Positions 24,649 to 36,945 of a stretch of DNA of 64,000 nt are shown here, in pieces (within the stretch, counting starts at the first letter, position 1; each line of letters starts with the position of its first letter). The position numbers and the translations under genes were made by a program. Under the pieces are notes generated by a model that ran no database searches, had not been told where the DNA came from, and saw nothing but the letters and a program-made list of their open reading frames with translations. Origin of the DNA: Zancudomyces culisetae HAW-14-8. Lineage: Eukaryota; Fungi; Kickxellomycota. The stretch spans positions 806,001 through 870,000 of the forward strand of contig JBNJNM010000015.1 of NCBI GenBank assembly GCA_052426225.1. Reading direction: 5' to 3'.

Positions 24649-25272
24649 TTATCCTGGAAACGTTCGCAACCACTTCGCCCTACTACCATTTTTGCTATAT
24701 TCATTTATCCTAAAACCAAAGACTTTAGGTATATATAGTTCATTGATGTTCCTTGTATTCAGATACTGGGGGTAGGCTTCAAAAAAGAAATGAGCAAAGT
24801 TCGTGCCAAAAAATGCGCCGTCAATTGGTTCATGGAACGAGTTTTGTGGTGAATATAAATCTAAACATCTCGGACAAAATAATTTAACCACATCCCTTTC
24901 CGGTCTATTGCGTCTTCCGCACGGAACCACAAGGGCATTATTGCATAAAAAACGGGGACATGTCCCAAAATCGCCATTTTCATATTTGCTTGCCATTTCT
25001 CGCAGCCCTGTTGTAGTGTTGATATATCGCGAATGGATCAAACCATATAAGAGTATTGCTGAAGATTGGATAATCTCTTTTTCCTCTTTTTTCAACTCAT
25101 CCCTTTCTATATCCAATATCAAATCAAGCGCTTCATTGTAGTAATTTACGATTGGTGAAAGCCCTACTAAGTTATTTTCGTCCTCTATAAACTCCTTCCT
25201 AACTTTGCAAAAATACTCATGACCAGATGCTTCGCAAAACCTTGTTATCCAATTCGGCTCATCCTTGGACAT
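24649..25272 (-). CDS. CKB: Casein kinase II regulatory (beta) subunit
   Basis: WITRFC..GHEYFC, LYGLIHSRYI, zinc finger FGTCPRFLC..KLFCPRC, IDGAFFGT, YIPKVFGF. First in-frame ATG at 25272; a short upstream exon is possible. Confidence 0.93.
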   Translation of the reverse strand: MSKDEPNWITRFCEASGHEYFCKVRKEFIEDENNLVGLSPIVNYYNEALDLILDIERDELKKEEKEIIQSSAILLYGLIHSRYINTTTGLREMASKYENGDFGTCPRFLCNNALVVPCGRRNRPERDVVKLFCPRCLDLYSPQNSFHEPIDGAFFGTNFAHFFFEAYPQYLNTRNINELYIPKVFGFRINEYSKNGSRAKWLRTFPG

Positions 25273-25816
25273 CTCTACTGATATATTCAATTCTTTGTTC
25301 CCGTACTCATTTATTAAAGAATAAGTCCGAATAATCCAAATCTACAACAGGAGAGAAACGACAACATAAATCTTGCCCGTTTTATATCTTTTTTTTCCTC
25401 TGGCCCATTCCAATTTTTCTAAAACGCCCTGCCATAAATGTTTAGATTCACTGTAATAAATTCATGCAAAAAAATGTGCGTTTCGTCTGGCGTACCTAAT
25501 TATTTCATAGGTTGTAATTATCAATAATTTTTCAACTATGGTTACACAAAACAAAGGCGTAGCAGGAAACTAGTAGTAATTTAATGTTGTATTTTTTTAT
25601 GGATTATTTGAATCATATTACAAAAACACTCCTCTCTCCTTTCTCCCACCTCCAAAAAAAAAATAGAGAGTCGCTGCGAGATACTGCCCACAACACTGAC
25701 TAGAATACCAGTCCTTACGAATAAACCAAGGTTTGTTCACCCAAAAATCTTTGAATATATAGCAGCATCTGTCGTTTTATATACAATTTCCGGCTATTAC
25801 TATTTGAAAAGAAAGA

Positions 25817-27217
25817 TTAAAATGGATCAAAAGAAATGGAAGTCTTGGCCCAGTTGTAGTAGGGGTCAACAACAGTTGAGGCTGAGTAGCTAGACAAAAT
25901 ATCAGAGCGGGGATGAGCTTTTAATACGAACGGGGTAGAGCCGATGGAATAAAACATATTTGGGCCCAAATAGTCCATAGGCGAGTCGTACTGGTGTAAA
26001 GAAGCAAAAATACGAGATAGGTGTGGCATAAAATCAGCTTGGGCTAGAAATAACGAAAATTCTAGCTTCGAATAGACTAGAAACTCGTGCTCCAAAATAA
26101 GCTTTTTGTTGATTTCAAAGGTTCTCGCGCAGTTGGATATCAGCAATGGTAGGATATTTTTGGGATTGGCTTCGTTAACTTTGGTAGCCAAAACCAAACA
26201 GACCGCAGCCAGAATGTTTCGTTTGTTGGCATGTTTAAGTAATGCATTAATCCTTGCCTTATTACACAGCAGCAGCTTTTCATAGTAAACCATAGCCATA
26301 GCGACTGTTGAAAGCTCTATGTTCATGCCTAGTGCTATTCGTACCATCGATTTTTTTGTTCGTCTGATTCTGTCTATACTCAGTTTGTAACTGGCTAAGC
26401 GCGGATGCTTTTCCTTGAACCTGTCATTCAGTTCTGAGTATAATTCTTCTGCTCTGCTATACTGAACTACACTTGACATCATTCCTGTAAGTCCCAAAAC
26501 GGTTTTGTTGAGTCCAGACCAAAGCCGTGGATCGTCTATTATATCTGCCGAGTATATATTCTCGTTGTAACTTTGCATTTCTTTAACTATAGCTCGCTTG
26601 TCCTTATTTTTTTTACCTTGTCCCATCCGCATATCCTTTCTGTATTCAGAAAGGCTGTAACTTGGTTTTAAAAGCCTAGAGTAGCTCTGCCACGTTTTTT
26701 TTATTTCTAGGGCTTGGTTTTTTTGTTTACCCAAATTTCCTTGCCTTTTTTTTTCTGTATTTTCTGTTTTTTTACTCCCCAAATTTGCTTTGACTTTAAA
26801 TTCTCTTGCAGCATTAAACTTGAAAATACTGCTCCTTAGTATAATTTCTCCGCCATTATTGTAAAATTCGTACACCTGTGGTAAAAATTGATCCTCTTCA
26901 TACTCCAATTGTTCTGCAACTTTGTTTATTCTCTCTATTTTTTCATGCTCGTGTGCTCTATCCCCTAGCACTTCCAAGCATTCGACGATCGGAGCCACAG
27001 CTGTTCGAATTTTACTCTTGTTTTCTTTCTCCTCCCCCTCAATACCCATTCCCTCATTTTCTTTTGTCTCACTTTTTCTAGCATCCAAAACTTTCGCGTT
27101 TTCTATCTCTGATTTTAGATTACTAAAATATTCTTGTGTCCCCGCTCGTCTGGATTCTTTCGCCAACTGAACATACCGCTCTATATCTTGATCGAGATTA
27201 CTCCCCAGGTCAGACAT
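25817..27217 (-). CDS. CABLES-like cyclin-box protein
   Basis: C-terminal region ELNDRFKEKHP..LSIDRIRRTK..STVAMAMVYYEKL..AAVCLVLATKVNE..EFLVYSKLEFSL resembles the CABLES cyclin fold. Confidence 0.75.
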   Translation of the reverse strand: MSDLGSNLDQDIERYVQLAKESRRAGTQEYFSNLKSEIENAKVLDARKSETKENEGMGIEGEEKENKSKIRTAVAPIVECLEVLGDRAHEHEKIERINKVAEQLEYEEDQFLPQVYEFYNNGGEIILRSSIFKFNAAREFKVKANLGSKKTENTEKKRQGNLGKQKNQALEIKKTWQSYSRLLKPSYSLSEYRKDMRMGQGKKNKDKRAIVKEMQSYNENIYSADIIDDPRLWSGLNKTVLGLTGMMSSVVQYSRAEELYSELNDRFKEKHPRLASYKLSIDRIRRTKKSMVRIALGMNIELSTVAMAMVYYEKLLLCNKARINALLKHANKRNILAAVCLVLATKVNEANPKNILPLLISNCARTFEINKKLILEHEFLVYSKLEFSLFLAQADFMPHLSRIFASLHQYDSPMDYLGPNMFYSIGSTPFVLKAHPRSDILSSYSASTVVDPYYNWAKTSISFDPF

Positions 27218-29649
27218 TTTAAAGTAAAAGAATTGTGACTGCTACTAAGCAGAAGGTTCCTCCAGGTAAAATTTTCTTTGATATATTATTGTGAAGATCT
27301 GGATAGAATTCGTTCTTCCCGTATAGACTTGGTTATAATCCTTTATTCATGCTAATATTAACGATTCACATTTAATCCTTAAAATATGTTAACCAAGCGA
27401 AATTCAAAGCACAAAGTATGAAACAAAAAACTACCAGAACGCAAAAATATCCGTAAATTGGCCTTTAGTCAGTTAAATCTCGTTTTATTACATAATTGAA
27501 GATATTTCTTATTTGCAGATCTAGGCTGTTGTTTTTCCAGCACTAATCCCCCCCTCCAACAACCTCAGTCATGGTGTACAGACATTCACCATACTCATAC
27601 ACGAATACGCTTTCAAAGTGAGACCAGCACTATTTTTTTTCTAACAAAGCATAGACTTGAAATTCGATTATTTATGAGCAGGTTATAGCGTAAAAACTTT
27701 TTGAAAAGCGCCATTTTCGCTTTTTCAGATTATACCTCAAGAATAGAGTACCACCATGATAAAAAAAAACACATTAAATCCACTAGGTACCAATATACAC
27801 TAACCACGTTCATATCTCTTCCAACATATTCAACCTTTAAAAGTATTATGATGTCTTATTCATGCCACTCCGCAGTTGTCACGATGAAGCTAAAAAGAAA
27901 AAATAAAGACAGAGTAGATACTCCAAGTTTAAGTATCCAGTCTTGTCTGTTCCAATGGCCACTAGCTACACGTTCAATTGCAATAAAATGCTCTATCCCC
28001 ACAAAATAATGGAAAAAGCTCGTTAGGCAAATCCAACTGATAACCACTCCAGTTAAAAATTATTGTTGGAAATGTATGCTAATGGATATAACCTGTTTCA
28101 CCGCATAGCAAATACATTTCAGCACATTAAAACATATAACCTATTACAGTGGGAAAAAAAAGCAACATTATTGCATTTTATTTTCTTATAAAAAGATCTA
28201 GCCACATAGGTTTTTTGTTAATCTCTAAAATAGCTCAAGTCTATACCTCAACGATATTTCCTTTAAAAGTGTAAAACTATTTTTTATTTCGAACCTCATC
28301 CGTGTGAGAATTAGCGGATACGGTTAACCAAATCCCCCTATTAACTACCTTTTTAAGTAGCCTATTTTATCTTTGCAAAAGTAACGCAAAAATAGAATAA
28401 AAACGCCAAACAAAAAGAAAATACATTTCTGACAAAAACTGCTGGTGCGTAGTTGATTGGAAACTATGCTGATTGTAGATGGAGTTGGTTTCAAAAAATA
28501 CGATTGTCTAACTAAAACACATGCCAAATTTAGGTGATCGGATTAACTTCCTGATGCCAACCAATTCTTTTATCCTACCCTCTTAATCCGCCCATTTTTT
28601 TATATTCGTTCCTGAGCAGGAGTATAGTATAGGAAGTATAGTGAAGGACAAGTTGAGTTTCTCGCTTTTGTAACCAGGCTATTCAGTGTTGAGTTTATAT
28701 TATATCAAACAAATAAAACGTATGTGATATCAGTATAGTTTTAGCCGTAATGTTTTTTTATACTGAAAGATTGCTTCAAAGTCCCAGCCAGAAACTGCAC
28801 CTGTTTAGGGCCGGCTACTTTTATTAACTTAATGTATAAAAAAAATACTAAAAAAAGCACACGATAAAGATCCAACAACTTGTCATGTTTGAGTATAATA
28901 AAATAAAAATGGTAAATTAAAAAGTGCTTTAGTTGAACGCTGAGGTAGTAATTTCTGATTCAAAGTACGTTGTATCCTTGATAAGTCTGTTTATAAATAA
29001 AAGTGCAAATTTTGCAATACACATTTAAATTGTGTTATACTCTTTATGAGCTTATAGAAAAAAGCGGATCATACTAGTATACTGTAGAATTAACTAAAAA
29101 GCGAATACATGTAATTTTAAAATAATCATTTTTTTCTGTACCTAGAAGACATATACAAGCATTTTATGGTAGCACTTGGCGAAAAGTAACAAGGTAAGCA
29201 AAATAACATAAATTAGTATCTATACACGCATACTATGTGCATTCAGTAGTATCGGAAAGTATTCGAGTTTATTGAATGTTGACGGTTATATAGCCCAACT
29301 ATTGTCGCCCCGATGCAAGTTGGGTAACATAAAGCACATATATGTCAATGTGAATCATTTTACAAAGATAAAATAAAAGTTTAAAGAGGGGTGTATTAAA
29401 AAGAAACATGTGTTTTGAACGTTATTACTATCTTTAGGTCAACATAGGCATAGTTTTAGATAGAAGGGTTTAAGAGTACAATATAGCTTTAAATAGTATA
29501 TCAGATTATTGTCATACAAAATGCGTAAGCTCTTGGTAAGTAGCTCATTTGTACCAAAAGATACTGGGTTGATGTTCCAGAACAAGAAAATAATCAGTAT
29601 TTTTTTTTGTCGGTACAGCTAGTATTTTCGATCTACTCTATTTGCACTA

Positions 29650-32600
29650 ATGGTTCTGGTATTTTAACTATAGTTTAATGAAATTGGTGTTTTAATAATA
29701 GCTCGGAAATAAGCGCCATTCTAGAAACATAGCGAAGCAAGAAGGCAAGGCGAAGAAAAGTGGAGGTATTGTTAAAATAAGAAGAACGAGCTCAACCGAA
29801 AAAAAAAATGAAAATGGTAATGAAGTACTATTCGATGATGGGCATGCGCTGAATGGTACCTGTGATAACAATATATATGATAAAGTGTCTGTGGAGACTT
29901 TCGGCCTTCAAAGACAGGGAAAAGTTAGGAAAAACAACTCTGGTTGGCGTGTAATGAGAAATAATAGCAAAGAAATACAAATAAAGCCAAGAGTTGATGG
30001 TAATGCTACAAGAAACGAACACGGAACGCCCAGTATAAATGATAGTGACTCAAGACAAAAAGACGTATTTTTCAAAAGTCTGGATGAAAAGAATACTAAT
30101 GAAATGTCATACAAGGGAGAAAATAGTCGTAATAAAATAGTAAACAGGAATTCCAACTTTATTGGAAAAAATGGCGGTATTCATACAGGCATTAAGGACA
30201 ACAGCATGAAAAAGAAGCTTATAGACAAACTAAGCCCAAACGGGTTGGTAAATTATCTCGGTTTACTTTCTAAAAGAGAGTTGGGCAGAAGGTCAAGAGC
30301 ACCATTAGTTAATAGAACCAATAGTAAAAGTAAAAGTAAAGTGGCAAATAAAAAAAATTCCGATTCAAAAGCAGAATGCAAACTAGATACCAATATAACA
30401 GAGAGCGATGATAAAAAGACATCAGATGGCATTTTGTATGGGTTCAACTCTGTCGGTAAAGTTAAGATTAGACCCAGAAACTATGCTAACTTGGGTTTGT
30501 ATACAGTTAAAAAATTAAAATCAAGAGTAAAAACACAGGCAAAGACAAAGATAAAGACAAAAAGCATGCCAAAAAATATCAGCGCAAATCCCAGTAGTGG
30601 CAGCGCTTTTGAAGATAGCTACGGAAAAATAAATGTCAATAAAATAATAACAAAAGAAGGCAAGGTTAGCTACTACAGCCTAACTAATTCGTATATCTTT
30701 TCATCATATCCTTCAATACCACATGACTCTGACAGCGATGTAGAAAAGTGTAAACAAAGCATCGAGACAAAGTGTGTAGATGTTCCAGTTGCAAAAAAGT
30801 ATGATGCCTTACCAACAAAAAAGGGTGGCAGCAAAGTGAAGCAATACTTTTCTAAAATGCGTCTGTATCAGAGCAAAACGCTCAATATTTTTGATATGAT
30901 CAGCTTTGGTAAAAGCCACAGTCCTCGATCTAGCTCAACAGCAGTAAAGGATAAAACTAATTCCGGTAAAAATAGTATATTTAGAAAATACGCTACAATT
31001 GCTTTTATTCAAAATGTAATTTCGAAACCAGTGAAAATATTCAGGAATACAAATGCAAATAAGCTAAATGAACGTAGCAGGCAGTTGCTTGAGCGTATTA
31101 AGGGAAAGAACAAACTTAAAACAACCAAAAACATAAATAAGATGTCTGATTATATAATAAAGCAAGGTATACTTGGTTCTCTAAACAGGAGCAGCGAGAA
31201 ATGCGCTTATATAAAGGATAGTGATAGCGAACCCGAGCAAACCAAGAGCCTAAATGACATTCCTGATTGTAAAATAGGACAAGATATGATGAATACTTCA
31301 GATAAAATTGAAGGGAAATTTATATACATAAAGAATAGCGATAATGGGCTAGTAAAAAAAAGAACTATAGAGGAAATCCTTAATACATCAAACAGGTATA
31401 CTGGATTATTGAATAGAAGAAAGAGCAATGATATTGGTATTGAAGCTTATGATAGAAGTGATATTGCAGAGGGTTGGGACTGTGATACTACGACCAGAAA
31501 ATTGAGTAACAACGAAAATGGGAATAAAAATAAAAATGCGAATAAAAGTACAAGTGAAGGTAAAAGTGAAAATCAAAAAGAAAATCAAAAAGAAAATGAA
31601 AGTGAAAGCGAAAGTGAAAGTAAAAGTGAAAGCGAGAATAAATGTGAAAATGAAAGCGAAAAAGAAAAAGAAAAGAAAAAGGAAAGAAGAAATTGGTTCA
31701 GTCAACTGAAGACCAATTATACTGGTATAGAAGATGAGGATAGTGGTACAGTTTCTGGAATTCGACATATTTCCATCCCAAGTCGAAACCCATTATTAAT
31801 AAACCAGAGTCTAATTAAAATTAAGCGTAATTCCCATAGCAATACCAAACCCACCATCAGCCAACAAGGTAAATACTACACCAATCTAACAAGTAAAACA
31901 AAAAATACTCTACAACAAAAACACAATCAAGATGTTTATACCAAATCTATTGAAGATATTGAAAATCACTCAAATGGGCTGTTGTTAGAGGAAAAAAAGT
32001 TCACATCCGAAAGTGGTGTTTTGACACACCCATCAAGCTTACCTAAACAAAACCTTCTATTAGGTATTACGCACAACACCGAAATAAGCGGTGAACAAAG
32101 AGTACAGATATTGGATAGCAGAGATAGAGCAGCAGGGCTAATGCTAACAGATGAAAACAGTTTACCAAGCACAAAATATTCTGAAAGCAATAGCATACTT
32201 GATAGGATAAAAAGGCTGCAAATACACGGAAAAGAAGTGTTTTACGGCGTTGGTGGTGTTGGAAGTATTGACAGTTCTAGTCTAAGATTTGAACCAACAG
32301 AGAACAAAATACCTTCTCCCGAAAGTGTTATGGTATATAATGTCGAAATCAAAGACGGAAGTGCATTAGGAACACCAGTGACATCGACAACAGTGGCAAC
32401 AACTACAGCCATGCCAATAGTAATGCCAAAGACAAATGTCGACAGCATACAAGTAAGCACAAATACAGAGAAACCTGTGAACATAGAAAAAAGTGTAGAC
32501 ACGCAGCCTACACCAGGCACATCAACATCTGAGGAAACTATGAGCGACAGTGAGATGTACACAGATGTCAGCTCATCGGGTGAATCGTCTCAGGAATACA

Positions 32601-33670
32601 TGCGCGAAGTAATAGCTATATTAAAGCGAGATAACGAAAATCTGGTTCAAATAAACACAGAGTACAATTGTAAAATAAACGAATTGAGTACCAAACTTGG
32701 TGTATATAACAATGAGGCTCAAAAACATATCCTAACACTAAGGAAAATAATTAAAATGTTTGATGATAACAACCTACCTGACCCACTTGACGATGATAAC
32801 ACAAACCTTGATACTAATGAGGATAGTGGTTGTGAGTCCACTAATGGAAAAGGAAAGGGTGGGAAAGCGCAAGAAAAGGGTTCAGTCGAGTTATTACACA
32901 CGCTGTTGAGAAAACTGAACAGCGAAATTGTGCCAAACAACAGTAATATTATGGAAATAATGGAATTTGAAAGACGGCTAGGACAACTCCAGCAAAAAAA
33001 TGTAGAAAGAATAAAACGGCAGCTCGAACTTGTCAAGAAGGAAAACAATGACCTCAAAAAAAAAGGAGCTTCGGAAACATCACTGATGTTGCCACCACCA
33101 AGACAAAAAGTATCAATGCCCCTTTTGTCATCAATAGGAATACAAACACCAAAGGTAATTACATACAGCAAGAGCCATGACCAAAACAAAAGAGATGTGG
33201 TTTTGCAGACCAGCACCGATATGGTCAAAATAATGGACAAGGAAGACTATGAGATTATTGTGCAGGGTCAGCAGATGTTGCTAGAAGTCAACGAGAGATT
33301 AGAACTAGAAAACCAACGGTTAAAAAACCGCGTGAAAAGCATAGCTAGAACCAAAAGCAGTACAAACAGTCTTCATGATGGAAATGACAATGAGCGTTCT
33401 GAACTAGACAAAACGCGACAGAATGATTGTTGTTTTGCCACAATGTTTGTTCATGCACTAGTGGCAGTGGCGGTATTCATCCTCATGTTGGTAGTATTTG
33501 AAGGAGAAAATGACAGTGAAAGGGAGCTAAACTACTTAAATTACATTACTTCGATAAACAAAAAAAAGAAGCGGATAGTAGTAGTAGATTCAAAACTAGA
33601 TGAATCGCCTAAACTGCCGCATGAAAGGTCAGGGATGGGAATTAAGGTGAAAGATATAATGAAGTTCTAG
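29650..33670 (+). CDS. Large low-complexity coiled-coil protein with C-terminal TM segment, unknown function
   Basis: Frame is open from 29702 to TAG 33670. Predicted start ATG GTT CTG at 29650-29658 with a 43-nt GT-AG intron 29659-29701 (in frame). Coiled-coil heptads, then hydrophobic MFVHALVAVAVFILMLVVF. Confidence 0.75.
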
Positions 33671-36600
33671 TATAAAATTCCGTTGGAGTAGTACTGATAA
33701 GTATCATAAAGCTTTGTAGAGATGGCATCCACGGATTGGGAAATCAGCTTGTCGACAGAACCCTCAATTTCAGAGATAGGTGTATGTAGCATTAGACGCG
33801 ATTTCAAGTTGGAAATCAACAAAGAGTTGTCAATGTTGTTGGGATAATTGCTGGGGTTATGACCTTTTTCGTCTTTTGAGAGATGATTTGAGGTTTTCTT
33901 GGGCGAAGTGAGTGCTTCTTTGATTTTCCCAGGAGAGATAGTATTGGGATTGGGAGTAGGAGTAGGAGTAGAAGTAGAAGTAGGGGTGGGCTGAACTGGA
34001 TTCGCGGGACCAGGGAGTACAGTAGAGTTTTTAGCAGGAGAACGAACACCGTGGGCAGGGCTGGTATTGGAAGCAGAACCATTGACCATTGGTGTAGGAG
34101 GGGCAGGGTCGGGGATGGCAGTAGTTTTGTTTAGATTTGGATTTGAAGATGTAGAATTAGTATTTGCAGAGCTAATAAAGCACTCAAAGTCGCTATCAAA
34201 CGACAGAATTTCAATTAGGTAAAGAATCGACTGCCAATGTTTTCTAATAGCAATAAATGCATCAATTAGAAGCTGTCTAAACTCTAAAAAGATAGCATTA
34301 TTGCTTCCACTGAAATCGATAGAGTCTGAGTTAGGGCTGAGGTCGGAATTAGGGTTGGGGTTAGGGTTGGGGTTAGGGTTGGGGTTTGAGTTAAGATTAG
34401 GGTTGGGGTTTGAGTTGGTATTGGTATTGTTAACACTATAGTTTGTATTTGTAACTCCAAGAATCCACAAGTATTCACTGGTTAGCTTGAATGGAGCAGT
34501 TTCAAAACCAAGATTTCCAGGGCTATTATTAAACATAAACCCAAAATCAATATGAACAATGTGACCAGAAGACAAAAGCAGAATGTTTCCGTTGTGGCGA
34601 TCTTTAAGAAGCATCAGATAAGTCAGAATTGAATAGCCAGCAAGCGAGCGCATAAAATTGAGTTGAGCACGTTTGTATGTAGAGGTGTCAGGAGTACCGT
34701 AGGTTTTGATAAAATGTGTATACAGATTAGCCGTTTTTTTCTTTATTGAATGGATAGAATTGGAATTTGTAATTGTTTGTATTAACCCAGCATTACTTCC
34801 CGTAGCAATTATCTTGTAGCTCTGCAAATAAATATCAACATTTTCTTTCTTGAAGATGTCCTGCAAAATATTAATCGCTCGAATAGCCATCATCTCTTGT
34901 CGCAAGTCGCCGCCTTCCTTGACAATAATCGAATACAGGTTCCAGTTTTTGTGGTTTCCATATGGCGAAGTGTTTTTTATTCGCTGTTTTTTGGCCTTAA
35001 AGTCCTCACTTAGCACCTTTGAGCTTAAATCCTCTTCAAATTCATCCGAACTCTTCCCATCTGTCACAAATTGCTCCAACTCCTCGACTTCTTGAGCATT
35101 CGCACCTTCTAGTTTGTATAGCTTTCGTTTTATTTTCAGCTTTTGCTTTTCAAGCACCTCTATTTCATCCAGAATCCGCTTCCTTATAGTATCCATTATC
35201 TTGCTAGAATCAACTACCTTTGTGATCGTTGTCGAAGTCCTCTCTAGTTTACCTACTGCATTGTCCTCGCTTGTTTTTTCAATTCTTATTGGCAAATAAT
35301 CGCTAAGTTTTCTTGAATAATAGCCTCCCTTCTCACTTTCGGGTTTCTCGGAATGTGAATTTGGTGTGCTGCTGCGGGTACTAGTTCCGACTTTTCTATC
35401 CATACCAACGCCACCGGAATATACACTGTGTTTTTCTGTTTCGGTTGTTGTTATGTTGTTCCCTACAATCTGTCGCTGCTTATTTAGCTGTACCAACAAC
35501 ATAACAGCCGTTGTTATTCTCTCTTGAACTTCTTTTTCTTCCTGCTTAATCTTTTTGAGTTCCTGTAATCTTTGCTCCTCATCTACTTTGGGTTGGTCCA
35601 CAGTCCCGGAACTAGACCTACCCTTCCCACTCGCACCTAAATCAACTGATTTTTCCCTCCCTTCCTCTTCACACTTTTCTTCATTTTTTTGTTCAAGCAC
35701 CTCTACAAACATCAAGTATGGAGCATGCTCTGCACTATTGAGTACCACCGCATCCTCTACTGGTATTCTAACTATCCGCATATGCCCCTCCTCCCTCTCT
35801 TCATCATCACCCTTTCCATGCTCACAAAACTGTGGAATACAACCTGTATTTTTACTTAGAATTTCGTTCATGATTCGCAATTCGGCCTTCAACCCTAACT
35901 GACGCTCATCTTTGTTCATTTTGAGCAACCTACTAGATATCTCATTGAATTTTGTCACCAGCATTATTGTATCCATGAAATACTGTCTATCTTTCAGCAA
36001 CTTCTTCTTGCTAGCTAACCCAGTCTCCTCAATAAACATTCCTATTTTGTTCTCATCACTCGCTCGTTGGCCTTTTACAAGTCGATACACATGCTCCCCC
36101 AATCCTGTCATCCGCTTCCTATCCTTGACAACACTCCCCTGTTCTCTTGCTGCTGCCATATCGCGTATTTGTGCTGATGAGTGTGACTCTCTTATATGTA
36201 TCTCCTTCCCAGTTTTGGCCCCGATCTTGCTATACTTTCCCTCCAAATATGCCATCTCGCCTATCTTTCCAACAAGCTGCTCGTGCCCTCCCACACTTGC
36301 TGCTATCGCTGACATACCCACAAATGCCGCTTCTACATTTTCTTTTACCTTGATCTTTTCCATAAACAGTCTCCCCTTCCATCTATTCCATCTATTCTTG
36401 CTAGATTCGGTGTTCACCGTTAAGGGGCTCTCCTCCTGTAACTCCCGCAACATCACCCTAATCACTTCCTTCTTCCCATTTCCTAGCAGCTCTATCCTTT
36501 CTCGGTTAAACAGAATCTGCTGTAATTTGTTATTTAGCCGCAAACTGCTTTTGAATTTTTTTGAATTTGGCTGCTTTGATAGTCCAACTGTATAACTCTG

Positions 36601-36945
36601 AACTATCCAATACATCTCAACCGCGGTGTGTCTATTTCTAATCGCTAGCTCAAAAAGCAACTCTTTGATCGCATTGGTGCTATCTGGCTTTACGATCGTC
36701 ATATGTACAAGCTCTAGAACGCTTTCACGTACCTCTCTTGCTACTCCGATTCTTCTCCTTAGTCTGTCGACCAGGTACTGCTGAATTCCAACCTCATCAA
36801 TGTATTTGTATATATAATACAGACACAATCGTACATCAAAGTCGTCAGCTTCGAAGTGTCTCCTCAGTTTTCCGTATCTCTTTACTTTTCCCCATCCGCT
36901 CTCTCCACCCGTCACGAATACTTTCTCTTTTAGTTCTGCTGTCAT
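33667..36945 (-). CDS. PIK1: Phosphatidylinositol 4-kinase III beta (Pik1)
   Basis: VLNSAEHAPY, IVKEGGDLRQE, KDRHNGNILL, HIDFGF, FETAPFKLT, LYDTYQYYSNGI; NP- and TP-repeat inserts in the kinase domain. Confidence 0.95.
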   Translation of the reverse strand: MTAELKEKVFVTGGESGWGKVKRYGKLRRHFEADDFDVRLCLYYIYKYIDEVGIQQYLVDRLRRRIGVAREVRESVLELVHMTIVKPDSTNAIKELLFELAIRNRHTAVEMYWIVQSYTVGLSKQPNSKKFKSSLRLNNKLQQILFNRERIELLGNGKKEVIRVMLRELQEESPLTVNTESSKNRWNRWKGRLFMEKIKVKENVEAAFVGMSAIAASVGGHEQLVGKIGEMAYLEGKYSKIGAKTGKEIHIRESHSSAQIRDMAAAREQGSVVKDRKRMTGLGEHVYRLVKGQRASDENKIGMFIEETGLASKKKLLKDRQYFMDTIMLVTKFNEISSRLLKMNKDERQLGLKAELRIMNEILSKNTGCIPQFCEHGKGDDEEREEGHMRIVRIPVEDAVVLNSAEHAPYLMFVEVLEQKNEEKCEEEGREKSVDLGASGKGRSSSGTVDQPKVDEEQRLQELKKIKQEEKEVQERITTAVMLLVQLNKQRQIVGNNITTTETEKHSVYSGGVGMDRKVGTSTRSSTPNSHSEKPESEKGGYYSRKLSDYLPIRIEKTSEDNAVGKLERTSTTITKVVDSSKIMDTIRKRILDEIEVLEKQKLKIKRKLYKLEGANAQEVEELEQFVTDGKSSDEFEEDLSSKVLSEDFKAKKQRIKNTSPYGNHKNWNLYSIIVKEGGDLRQEMMAIRAINILQDIFKKENVDIYLQSYKIIATGSNAGLIQTITNSNSIHSIKKKTANLYTHFIKTYGTPDTSTYKRAQLNFMRSLAGYSILTYLMLLKDRHNGNILLLSSGHIVHIDFGFMFNNSPGNLGFETAPFKLTSEYLWILGVTNTNYSVNNTNTNSNPNPNLNSNPNPNPNPNPNPNSDLSPNSDSIDFSGSNNAIFLEFRQLLIDAFIAIRKHWQSILYLIEILSFDSDFECFISSANTNSTSSNPNLNKTTAIPDPAPPTPMVNGSASNTSPAHGVRSPAKNSTVLPGPANPVQPTPTSTSTPTPTPNPNTISPGKIKEALTSPKKTSNHLSKDEKGHNPSNYPNNIDNSLLISNLKSRLMLHTPISEIEGSVDKLISQSVDAISTKLYDTYQYYSNGILY

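Noticed and set aside
28284-28345. tRNA-like element (GGTTCGA on the minus strand plus ATCCG/CGGAT stem)
   Set aside because: No acceptor stem, T-stem or A box; no cloverleaf.
34355-34420. GGGTTA-like telomeric repeats
   Set aside because: They are the antisense of the (NP)n codons inside PIK1.
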